This document shows positions 54,401 to 62,873 of a stretch of 64,000 nucleotides of DNA, piece by piece (the first letter of the stretch is position 1; every line of letters starts with the position of its first letter). Position numbers and translations under genes: made by a program. This DNA is from Brevinematales bacterium (lineage in GTDB: Bacteria; Spirochaetota; Brevinematia; Brevinematales; GWF1-51-8): contig JABLXV010000001.1 in the NCBI GenBank assembly GCA_013177895.1, positions 22,056-86,055 on the forward strand, written 5' to 3'. The notes below the pieces were generated by a model. It worked only from the letters and a program-made list of their open reading frames with translations. It was not told the DNA's origin and ran no database searches.

Positions 54401-56617
54401 TTATTTCTTTTTTGCTTTTATCAGACGGGAGAGAATACCCCGGATATCCTTGTAATTCGCGACATTATACTTCGCGCGCGAGTAGTCGTAGCCTACCTTG
54501 ACCGTAATCGCGTCATCGTCCAATACGCCGAACATATCCTCGTCGGTCACATCATCCCCGGCCGCAAGGATAAAATCGTACTTACTGCGCGATATCCAGA
54601 ATCTGCATCCCTGCCCCTTCGATATCCCCACGTCCTTGATCTCCAGCACCATATTCCCCTCGAGAATACCGATCTTATGGTTCTGGGTCAGGCTGATCAG
54701 CGAATTTTTCAGTTCGGTAGCGCGAATCTGCCCTAATTCCGGGTCGGTCTTCCGGTAATGCCACACCAGCGAAAAATCCTTCTCCTCGATAAACGTGCCG
54801 GGGGTACGCAGTACGAAACGTTCCAGTACGGGGCGAATCTCCTGCTTCCATTCGGTAGAGGAGTGCGCGGTCGACCGCCATTCCTTTTCATCCTTCCGGT
54901 AGAACCACCCCCCGTGCTCCGCCATCAGGTTGATATCTATCCCATCGAACCAGCGTCCTACGCTGTCGCGCCCTCTCCCGCTGATAATCACTGTTTCCGT
55001 GCCGGGGATAGACGCGAGGGACTTCAGGATAGACGCGAGCGCGTGATCGGGCGACGCGTTCTCAGGACGGTTATTAAACGGGACTAACGTACCGTCATAA
55101 TCGAGCAGTATCAGCGCGTTTTTACTCGCGGCAAATTTCAATGCTATATCTTCCAATTCCGCCTCATTTAGGGTGGTTTTTATAATAAATTCGTTCTGCG
55201 CGCGAATACTCAGCAGTTTTTCGAGGAAATCCTCCGCCCATTGGGTGATATTATACGCCTCCAGACGCTGATGCATCGCCTGAAGGTACATCTCCTGCTC
55301 GGGATGCGACATCCGCAGCGCCCGCGCGATCGCCTCGGCGACCTCCTCATAATTATAGGGGTTTACCTGAATGGCTTCGCCAAGTTCTTTAGCCGACCCC
55401 GCGAATTCGCTGAGAATCAATACCCCGTGGCCGTCCTCGCACACGGCGATATATTCCTTCGCGACCAGATTCATCCCGTCGCGTAACGGAGTCACGAGCC
55501 CGATATCGGCCACAGTATACAACGCCATCATCTCGGTGAAACTCATCGTCCGGTAGAAATACTTCACCGGGTCCCACCCGATCGAGCCGTACTTCCCGTT
55601 CAGCGCGCCGACCTTCTCCTCGACCACCTTTTTGATCGATATATAGTCCTCGATACCGTCGCGCGAGGGCGACACTACGAGGATCAGGGTGATTTTCTCA
55701 CGGTAGCCGGGATACTTATCGAGGAAGTACTCAAACGATTCGATACGCTGGATAATGCCCTTCGTATAATCGAGCCTGTCCACGGAGAGCAGGATTTTTT
55801 TATCCTTCATCTCCGCGCGCATCTTAGCGGCTTCCTTTTTTACTTCGGGCAGACCGGCGCTATCGCGGTATTTCCGGTAGTCGATACCCATCGGGAACGT
55901 ATCGATTTTCACCGCGCGGTTTCCCATCCGTACCTGCCCGAGGTTATGCTCCATACCGAGGATATTCCGAAGGCAATCGAGGAAGTAGGAAACATAGTCG
56001 TAGGTGTGGAATCCGATCAGATCGGCGCCCATCATTCCATCGAGGAGCTCCCGCCGCCATGGAAGCAGGCGGAAAATATCGTAGACGGGAAACGGGATAT
56101 GCAGGAAGAAACCGATCGGGATATCCGGGTATTTCTCGCGTATCATCGCGGGAAGCAGGAGAAGCTGGTAATCGTGTATCCATACGATATCGTCCGGCTT
56201 TATCTGCGCAATTACCGCGTCGGCGAACTTCCTGTTGACATTGACATACTCGTTCCAGTAAGAACCCTCGTATTTCGCGAGGAGCTGGAAGTAATGAAAC
56301 AGCGGCCACAGCGTCTTATTCGAAAATCCGTAATAGTACTGCTCGACCTCACGGCGTGAGAGATGCACCGGATACATGCCCTTCGCGGACATTTTATCCA
56401 TAATATCCGTTTTCTCATGCTCGGTGAGACGTTCCGAATTGATGCCGCTCCACCCTACCCAGAGCGCCGGACGCGACTCGAAGAATGACGAAAGCCCTGT
56501 CGCGAGACCTCCCGCGCTGAAATTAATATTAATCCTGTTATTCGTCTTGGAGAGCTTAACCGGCAGGCGATTCGATACCATAACTATTCGTTTCAAAAAC
56601 ACTTCCCCATGTAACAT
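54401..56617 (-). CDS. otsA: Bifunctional trehalose-6-phosphate synthase (GT20, OtsA-like) / trehalose-phosphatase (HAD, OtsB-like) fusion
   Basis: 738 aa. The N-terminal part reads VSNRLPV..GGLATGL..LWPLFHY..DGMNLVAKEY. The C-terminal part reads LILLDYDGTLVPF...AAGDDVTDEDMF. The start is ambiguous (56617 or 56581). Confidence 0.88.
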   Translation of the reverse strand: MLHGEVFLKRIVMVSNRLPVKLSKTNNRININFSAGGLATGLSSFFESRPALWVGWSGINSERLTEHEKTDIMDKMSAKGMYPVHLSRREVEQYYYGFSNKTLWPLFHYFQLLAKYEGSYWNEYVNVNRKFADAVIAQIKPDDIVWIHDYQLLLLPAMIREKYPDIPIGFFLHIPFPVYDIFRLLPWRRELLDGMMGADLIGFHTYDYVSYFLDCLRNILGMEHNLGQVRMGNRAVKIDTFPMGIDYRKYRDSAGLPEVKKEAAKMRAEMKDKKILLSVDRLDYTKGIIQRIESFEYFLDKYPGYREKITLILVVSPSRDGIEDYISIKKVVEEKVGALNGKYGSIGWDPVKYFYRTMSFTEMMALYTVADIGLVTPLRDGMNLVAKEYIAVCEDGHGVLILSEFAGSAKELGEAIQVNPYNYEEVAEAIARALRMSHPEQEMYLQAMHQRLEAYNITQWAEDFLEKLLSIRAQNEFIIKTTLNEAELEDIALKFAASKNALILLDYDGTLVPFNNRPENASPDHALASILKSLASIPGTETVIISGRGRDSVGRWFDGIDINLMAEHGGWFYRKDEKEWRSTAHSSTEWKQEIRPVLERFVLRTPGTFIEEKDFSLVWHYRKTDPELGQIRATELKNSLISLTQNHKIGILEGNMVLEIKDVGISKGQGCRFWISRSKYDFILAAGDDVTDEDMFGVLDDDAITVKVGYDYSRAKYNVANYKDIRGILSRLIKAKKK

Positions 56618-56756
56618 TTCCTATATTTTACCGGCTATTACATTAGATTGCAAGTATATACCGGTTAAATAATAAAAAATCCCCGCATTCAGCGTAACCG
56701 CTTGATTTTTACCGATATTATTGTTATGATATATTATCAAATTCAGGAGGCGGGAA

Positions 56757-56999
56757 ATGAAAAAGAAACCCCGGAACACGCTCGTGCTCGCCTCGCTCGA
56801 GGGAAAGAACAACCTGAATAAGGCGTCGGTGATTCCCTCCGCGCGCGAAAAAGAGCGGTATGACAGGAACTACCGGAAACGGCAGTTCAGGAATGAGACG
56901 GAAATGTGCCGTCGCGATAACCATAACGGTTGGAGCGGCGGCCTTTTTGATTCAGGAAATAATGTAACGGCCACAAGCGGCATACTGCGTATGTGCTAA
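56757..56999 (+). CDS. Hypothetical small basic protein
   Basis: 80-aa ORF with a strong AGGAGG 6 nt upstream of the ATG. No recognisable motif. Its 3' end runs into the repeat region. Confidence 0.35.
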   Translation: MKKKPRNTLVLASLEGKNNLNKASVIPSAREKERYDRNYRKRQFRNETEMCRRDNHNGWSGGLFDSGNNVTATSGILRMC

Positions 57000-57041
57000 T
57001 CCCGATGCCGGACAAATAATTATCATAAAAATATAACCCGT
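56994..57041 (+). repeat. C-family module, copy 3
   Basis: The boxes are gctaatcccgat (56994-57005) and ataacccgtg (57032-57041). The 38-nt box-to-box spacing is the same as in copies 1 and 2. The module is preceded by actgcgt, as in copy 1. Confidence 0.7.
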
Positions 57042-57118
57042 GATGAGAGTATGTCGCTAATATCAACTATGCGGCACATTGCGTGCGGCCCCCACCTCCC
57101 TCTACGCGTAAGGCAAGT

Positions 57119-57222
57119 GGATGGCGGGTCGGACGACCCCGCAAAGCGGGGGAGGAGTTACGGCGTTTCCCGTTTTGCGATCCTTCTTCCCAGAAGCGGC
57201 ATCAAGGCGGGGCGCTCTTTGG
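57119..57222 (+). repeat. D-family repeat, copy 2
   Basis: It aligns to the reverse complement of 38462-38567. The first 14 nt are identical, and so is a 33-nt core at 57143-57175. Flanking segments have mismatches and one or two small indels. Confidence 0.85.
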
Positions 57223-57234
57223 ATACAGAAAGTA

Positions 57235-57954
57235 TCATATCTCCCCTGCGTTTCCGGCATCGGGGGACTCCTTTGTTTCTTCTAATTGGACTGATTTACA
57301 TTTGCCTTCTTTAATAAGATTCACAACTCGTTGTATTCCTTCCATCGCGAAGATAATCTTTACTCTGCTATACCGAACTTCCGGTGCTCCTTCTAATAGG
57401 GGAAAATCTTTTAGCTTATCTATTCCTATTTTCCAAGCGATTATACTTATCATTTCCAAATTATATCCATATCCGTCTTCGCCCATGTGTTTGCTGAAAA
57501 AGTAGTTATAATTCGTAGGAGAGACCCCGAAGAAACAAATAATAAATGATGTTCCGTCCCGTTTGTGAAACTTCAGATACCCCATATTTGTATTCTGTTT
57601 CCGGAGACCGCCTGCGATAAATCGTACTTCCTCGATTTCATTCCACTCTGCGAATTTCTTTTCGCCGATGAATATCCGGTACCAGAACTTTTTCCCATAG
57701 ATACCATCGTTCTTTAAAGTGACGTTCCATAATCCGGTAATAATCTGGGTAATAAAATGCGGATATTCTCCTGTATAAACACACCAAAATGTTAAAACCA
57801 AGGGTAGAATAAACGCTCCGGAAAATGTACCCGCAATAAAAATTCCATACACTAATAGTATAATTAAAAATCCTGCAATAAAATATGGTAAAATAAACTC
57901 GAAAAGGAATACCCCCATAGGTCTTTGCTTGTAGCTTACGTTAATTTGTGCCAT
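57235..57954 (-). CDS. Membrane protein, candidate immunity partner of 57941..59080
   Basis: 239 aa. Its ATG lies inside the last codons of the upstream gene (14-nt overlap), with AGGA upstream. It has 2-3 N-terminal TM segments and a soluble domain. GC is low (38% in the sample line 57781-57840). Confidence 0.6.
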   Translation of the reverse strand: MAQINVSYKQRPMGVFLFEFILPYFIAGFLIILLVYGIFIAGTFSGAFILPLVLTFWCVYTGEYPHFITQIITGLWNVTLKNDGIYGKKFWYRIFIGEKKFAEWNEIEEVRFIAGGLRKQNTNMGYLKFHKRDGTSFIICFFGVSPTNYNYFFSKHMGEDGYGYNLEMISIIAWKIGIDKLKDFPLLEGAPEVRYSRVKIIFAMEGIQRVVNLIKEGKCKSVQLEETKESPDAGNAGEI

Positions 57955-59080
57955 GTGGTTTTCCTAAATCCTTCATTGATTTTTTCCACCATTCGCCAAA
58001 AAAATCAAAGAGAGTTTCAACTGAAGAAAATACCGTACCTAGAGCAAATTGTCCGGCATGCGCTCCCTGCATCAATGCCCCGGTTTGCGCCCCGCTGGTA
58101 ATTGTAAATCCTGTATTTATACCGAATCCGGCCGAACCGACGATTAACGAACCTACTCCCGCTTTAAAAAGTGTTTGCGCCCATCCTCCTTTATTCCAAT
58201 AACCATCTAACGTCTGACCATCAATCAGGAACTGACTTGAAACATCCTCCGCTGTATAATAAATAGCAGAAAACTTTAAAGCAGAGTTTACTGTATCAAA
58301 AGCGCGCGTCCCGGTGCCTACAGCGCCGAAAACCGATCCTGAAAATCCCGCCCATAATAAATCCGCTCCCGGATTTTCCCATTGATATCCTGGCATTAGT
58401 CTTATTTTCAACCCCTCCATTCCCGCTTTCAATCCTATGTTTAATGCCGCATTGATAATCGCAGAATCGAAAACCGCTCCCCCGGTCGTTCCCAATACAC
58501 CGGGTAATAATGGAAGTCCTATTCCGGTAGATATTGCCAAGCCTACAAGTGCAGCGCCGCCCGTCCAATTCGCAAGTGTCTTATTTTGATCTTGTTTGTC
58601 AGCATAGAACTGATTGATGTCATTATAATGATCCCCCCAGAAGAAGTTACCATTGACGGTTTGAGTCGGCAGTGTTGGTCCATACGAATATCCGCCTGCA
58701 ACCCCACTTCCCGCAGCGGCCAGTTGAGCCTGCGCCTGGGCGGCTTCCTTCGCCGCCTTGGCCGCCTGCGCGGCGTCCCAGTTCTGCCATGACGCCATCT
58801 CCATATCCTTCGCCTTTTCCGCCAAATCCGCCTGCGCGAACTCCATGAACTTGTCGATCGCTTCCTGTCCGGTATAAACCTTCGGGTTGCCGTCCCTGTC
58901 CTTCTCCGTCGGGCTGGTGTACCCGTTCTTCATGATGTCGTTGATCTTTCCCGCGAGTTGCTGTTTCAACGCCTCCGCGATCTGCTTCGTGCCCTCTTCG
59001 CCGGATACCGAACGGTCGAAATAATTGAGCGCTTTCGCGAGCTTCATTATATCGGGATTCATGCTCTCGAACTGTTCCAT
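57941..59080 (-). CDS. Glycine-zipper-rich protein, candidate membrane-active toxin (helical N-domain + Ala/Gln linker + Gly-rich hydrophobic C-domain)
   Basis: 379 aa with no signal peptide. The linker reads AAQAAKAAKEAAQAQAQLAAAG. The C-terminal 230 aa carry repeated small-xxx-small segments (TGGAALVGLAISTGIGLPLLPGVLGTTGGAV, AGVGSLIVGSAGFGINTGF). GC drops from 60% (58861-58920) to 43% (58141-58200) within the gene. Confidence 0.55.
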   Translation of the reverse strand: MEQFESMNPDIMKLAKALNYFDRSVSGEEGTKQIAEALKQQLAGKINDIMKNGYTSPTEKDRDGNPKVYTGQEAIDKFMEFAQADLAEKAKDMEMASWQNWDAAQAAKAAKEAAQAQAQLAAAGSGVAGGYSYGPTLPTQTVNGNFFWGDHYNDINQFYADKQDQNKTLANWTGGAALVGLAISTGIGLPLLPGVLGTTGGAVFDSAIINAALNIGLKAGMEGLKIRLMPGYQWENPGADLLWAGFSGSVFGAVGTGTRAFDTVNSALKFSAIYYTAEDVSSQFLIDGQTLDGYWNKGGWAQTLFKAGVGSLIVGSAGFGINTGFTITSGAQTGALMQGAHAGQFALGTVFSSVETLFDFFGEWWKKSMKDLGKPHGTN

Positions 59081-59205
59081 ATTCTTCTCGGCGTTCGCCC
59101 CCGCTACGCGAGGACAAGCTCAGGGTGACGATAGGTCGCAGGCAGTCTGCTTATAGCGCGATAGTATGCCGTAATGGAATTTGGCTGCCACGCAGTGGGC
59201 AAGGA

Positions 59206-60585
59206 CTACTCCATGTTCTCCTCCGAAACAGCGTCGATATTCTTCAGCCACAGGTACTTCTTCGTCTCCGCCGCAACCACCCCGCTGAGGAATATCAATG
59301 TCACGATATTCGGGATAGCCATCATCGCGTTCATCGCATCGGCGAAATCAAACACGAGGTTCAGGCTCAGCACCGACCCCACAAACACCGCGACCACCCA
59401 CACGACACGGTACGGGATAATCGATACCTTTCCGAAGAGGTACTCGACCGCGCGCTCGCCGTAGTACGACCATCCGAGGATAGTGGAGTACACGAATGTC
59501 AGAAGCCCGCCGGTCAGCACGATCGGCCCGACCACGGGAATCTGCGAGAACGCCATCTTCGTCAACTGCGCGTCCTTATAGTTCATAAGGGTGTCGGGAA
59601 ATTTCATAATCGTCGTCACGAGCACCAGCCCCGTCATCGCGCACACGACCACCGTGTCCCAGAACGTCCCGGTCGCCGACACGAGAGCCTGACGCACGGG
59701 GTTACGGGTTTGCGCAGACGCGGCGAGGATAGGCGCGGAGCCCAGCCCCGATTCGTTGGAGAACAACCCGCGCGCGATACCGTAGCGTAACGTCATCATC
59801 AATGTCGCGCCGACAAATCCCCCGCCCGCAGCCTCAGGAGTGAACGCCGAACGTGCGATCAGCCCGAGCGCGGGTATAATAAAACTCCCGTTAATGAAAA
59901 GGATGATGATGCATCCGAGTACGTAGAAGAACGCCATCAACGGCACCAGCAGACTGGTCACCCTCGCGATCGCCTTCACCCCGCCGAGAATAACAAGCGC
60001 GGTCAGGACGGTGAGGACGATCCCGGTGATGGCGGGGTCTATCTGGAACGTGTCCTTCACCATACCCGCGATGGAATTCGCCTGCACCATATTGCCTATC
60101 CCGAACGCCGCGACAGCGGTAAAGATACTGAACAGCACCGCGAGCCATTTCATCTTCATCCCCTTCTCGAGCGCGTACATCGGGCCGCCCAGCATCGTTC
60201 CGTCCGAGGTCTTGACACGGTACTTGACCGCGAGGACTCCTTCCGCGTATTTGGTGGCTATACCCAGTACGCCGGTGATCCACATCCAGAATACCGCGCC
60301 GGGCCCGCCCATCGAAATAGCGGTGGCGACCCCGATGATATTCCCGGTGCCGATAGTCGCGGCGAGCGCGGCTGTCAACGCCCCGAACTGGCTGACGTCT
60401 CCCTTCCCCTCGTCGTCTTTCTTTACCGACAGCTTGATGCCGAAGAATGTATAGGACTGGATAAACCGTAACCGGATAGTTAAAAACATATGCGTGCCGA
60501 TCAGGAGAATCAGCATCGGCGGGCCCCATAAATACCCGTTGATGAACTTAATCCCGCCGTGAATTGCTTCGATTATCGCCTGCAT
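59206..60585 (-). CDS. Sodium:alanine (amino acid) symporter, AGCS family
   Basis: 459 aa. The N-terminus INGYLWGPPMLILLIGTHMFLTIRLRFIQ, the segment GDVSQFGALTAALAATIGTGNIIGVATAI and the motif FSNESGLGSAPI are typical of AgcS. Confidence 0.88.
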   Translation of the reverse strand: MQAIIEAIHGGIKFINGYLWGPPMLILLIGTHMFLTIRLRFIQSYTFFGIKLSVKKDDEGKGDVSQFGALTAALAATIGTGNIIGVATAISMGGPGAVFWMWITGVLGIATKYAEGVLAVKYRVKTSDGTMLGGPMYALEKGMKMKWLAVLFSIFTAVAAFGIGNMVQANSIAGMVKDTFQIDPAITGIVLTVLTALVILGGVKAIARVTSLLVPLMAFFYVLGCIIILFINGSFIIPALGLIARSAFTPEAAGGGFVGATLMMTLRYGIARGLFSNESGLGSAPILAASAQTRNPVRQALVSATGTFWDTVVVCAMTGLVLVTTIMKFPDTLMNYKDAQLTKMAFSQIPVVGPIVLTGGLLTFVYSTILGWSYYGERAVEYLFGKVSIIPYRVVWVVAVFVGSVLSLNLVFDFADAMNAMMAIPNIVTLIFLSGVVAAETKKYLWLKNIDAVSEENME

Positions 60586-60785
60586 AGTATTCCCCGTAAA
60601 TATTTTCGGATATTATACATTCTGCGGGTCTCCCGTGCAACACTTATTTTATTTACCCCCTGAGCCGCCGATTGAACGTTTACTTGCATTATGTATGATA
60701 ATATAATAAACTATAGAGTAGTTCTAAAAACTTCACGGAAATGAAATGAATACGTATAATTATCGAATAAAAGAAGATATTACTA

Positions 60786-60981
60786 TGTCACTGCGAGCCT
60801 GCCTTCTACCGAAGGTAGACAGGGAACGCAGTAACGAAGCAGTCTATGTAATTTATTAAATGACAATAGAATAGATTGCTTCTACCGCGCTTCAATAAGT
60901 TTTGTAGCGCGGCATCGCAATGACAGGGTTATTTTCCTATTTGGTAATTTCTGAATTATTATTGAGTTATTAGAATTGCCC
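60786..60981 (+). repeat. Composite palindromic element, copy 4 (TGTCAYYGCGA family) plus conserved AT-rich tail
   Basis: The left arm is tgtcactgcgagc..acgaagcagtct. A spacer separates it from the right arm agattgcttct..catcgcaatgaca (ending at 60925). A tail extends to 60981. Positions 60835-60981 align to 5339-5485 at 137 of 147 positions. Confidence 0.85.
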
Positions 60982-60995
60982 TATATTATAAAACT

Positions 60996-62792
60996 ATGAG
61001 TATAAAGAATAGATTTTTCACTATACTATCGAGCGGTATGACACCGGAAAAACACGGTTATGAAAATGTTGCCCAGGCAAGATTTATTAACTCTATCGTC
61101 TATTTTTCATTGCTGGTCTGTATATACTTATTCTCTCTCTATATTGTCCGTAACGCGCCCCTCAGGGATTTCATCGTCCTAGTTATCGTAATCATATGTA
61201 TCTTATTTATCATCCTCGTTCAATGGCGTACCAAGAGCACCGTTATATCGGGTTTTTCCCTGAGCGCGCTGGTTAGCATGATTATCCTGCGCGGATTCCT
61301 CTGGCAAACCATGTTCGGCGCATCGACATACCTGATATTTTCCTTCCCTGTGATCGCGTTTTATATGAACGGGAAAAGGCGCGGGTCGTGGTGGGTTTTC
61401 TCGGTTTTCCTGATTACCCTGCTTTTTTGGATATCGTCCCTCCTCGGAATATTCGTACCGCCGGTTCAACCCGTCGAATTAGCCCAGATGCTTCTGGTAT
61501 ATATCGGTATCAGCACGGCAACCTTTTATTATGAAACTATCCGCCTTCAGAACTTAGAAACCATGAAAAAACAATTGGTCACTGATCAATTAACCCGCCT
61601 CCCCAACCGGACAGCCCTTGTATGCGATATACGGAACTCGAAGGTTTCCCATCTCATTCTGATAAATATCGACGGGTTTAAGGAATTGAACGATTTTTAC
61701 GGGCATCCGGGCGGGGATGAAATACTCAAACAAGTCGCGCAATCGTTGGAGGAAAGAGCGCATTCCGGGAGGGTTTACCGTCTGTATGCCGACGAATTCG
61801 CAATCCTGATCGATAAACAGATGAAGCCGGACGAATTGAATTATATCATTGAAAATATCCGTCTGCACTTTAAACGGGATAGTTTCAAATTGGAGGCCGA
61901 GGAGATTAAAATCAATGTGACTATGGGTATCTCCGAGGGAAACGCCAAACTTTTGGAAATGGCGGATATCGCGCTGGGAATGGCGAAAAAGGAGCACATC
62001 GGCTATAAATATGCCATGGATTGGGAGAAGATATATTCGGAGTATGGGGAAAACCTCGCAATACTGAAAACCCTTCGTAACGCTATCGACAACGACCGGA
62101 TCGTCCCGTACTTTCAGCCGATCTACGATAACCGGACGCGAAAAATCGAGAAATTCGAAACCCTCGTGCGCGTTATCGACGATGAGGGCAAGGTCATACC
62201 GCCCCTATTATTCCTGGATATCGCGAAGAAAACCAAACTCTACCCATATATCACTAAAACTATGATTAAAAAATCGTTCGAGAAATTCTATCATACCCCG
62301 TGGCAGTTTTCGATCAACCTGTCGGTGGACGACATCAACGATTACGATACGTCGGAGTATATCCAACTCAGCCTGAAAGAATCGGGAATGGCTAACCAGG
62401 TCGTTTTCGAGATCACCGAGTCCGAGGGCATAGAAAATTTCGATACGGTATCGGAGTTTATCTCTCAGGTCAAGGAGCTCGGGTGCAAAATCGCCATCGA
62501 CGATTTCGGCACGGGTTATTCGAATTTCAGTTACCTTATCAGCCTGAATGTCGATTTCCTGAAGATCGACGCGTCCCTGATCCGCAATCTCCCGTCCGAT
62601 AAAAATCTCCAGATCATCGTCGAAACTATTGTGTCGTTTTCGCACCGTCTCGGCATCAGCACGATCGCGGAATTCGTCCATTCCTCCGAGGTGCAGGATA
62701 AAGTCGTCTCGATGGGTATTCATCACTCGCAGGGATATTTCATCGGCAAGCCCGATAAGGAAATCGTCACCGAAGCGTCGTTTTCCCGGTAA
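60996..62792 (+). CDS. Membrane-bound GGDEF-EAL protein (degenerate GGDEF, EAL-type phosphodiesterase domain)
   Basis: 598 aa with 5-6 N-terminal TM segments. The GGDEF position reads YADEF (RLYADEFAILI). EAL domain motifs are FQPIY...FETLVR, FEITESEG, IAIDDFGTGYSNFSYL, LKIDASLI and HHSQGYFIGKP. Confidence 0.85.
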   Translation: MSIKNRFFTILSSGMTPEKHGYENVAQARFINSIVYFSLLVCIYLFSLYIVRNAPLRDFIVLVIVIICILFIILVQWRTKSTVISGFSLSALVSMIILRGFLWQTMFGASTYLIFSFPVIAFYMNGKRRGSWWVFSVFLITLLFWISSLLGIFVPPVQPVELAQMLLVYIGISTATFYYETIRLQNLETMKKQLVTDQLTRLPNRTALVCDIRNSKVSHLILINIDGFKELNDFYGHPGGDEILKQVAQSLEERAHSGRVYRLYADEFAILIDKQMKPDELNYIIENIRLHFKRDSFKLEAEEIKINVTMGISEGNAKLLEMADIALGMAKKEHIGYKYAMDWEKIYSEYGENLAILKTLRNAIDNDRIVPYFQPIYDNRTRKIEKFETLVRVIDDEGKVIPPLLFLDIAKKTKLYPYITKTMIKKSFEKFYHTPWQFSINLSVDDINDYDTSEYIQLSLKESGMANQVVFEITESEGIENFDTVSEFISQVKELGCKIAIDDFGTGYSNFSYLISLNVDFLKIDASLIRNLPSDKNLQIIVETIVSFSHRLGISTIAEFVHSSEVQDKVVSMGIHHSQGYFIGKPDKEIVTEASFSR

Positions 62793-62873
62793 TTCGCGTT
62801 ACCCTATCTTGACTTAATCCCCGTCCATTTTTACAATATTGCATCCCATTTTTACCGAAAAGCGGAGGGCGCT

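Noticed and set aside
59891-60529. 212-aa alternative-frame ORF inside the AgcS symporter gene
   Set aside because: The product is Arg/Gly/Asp/His-rich, in the same strand but a different frame from a clearly recognisable AGCS transporter. It is a spurious frame.
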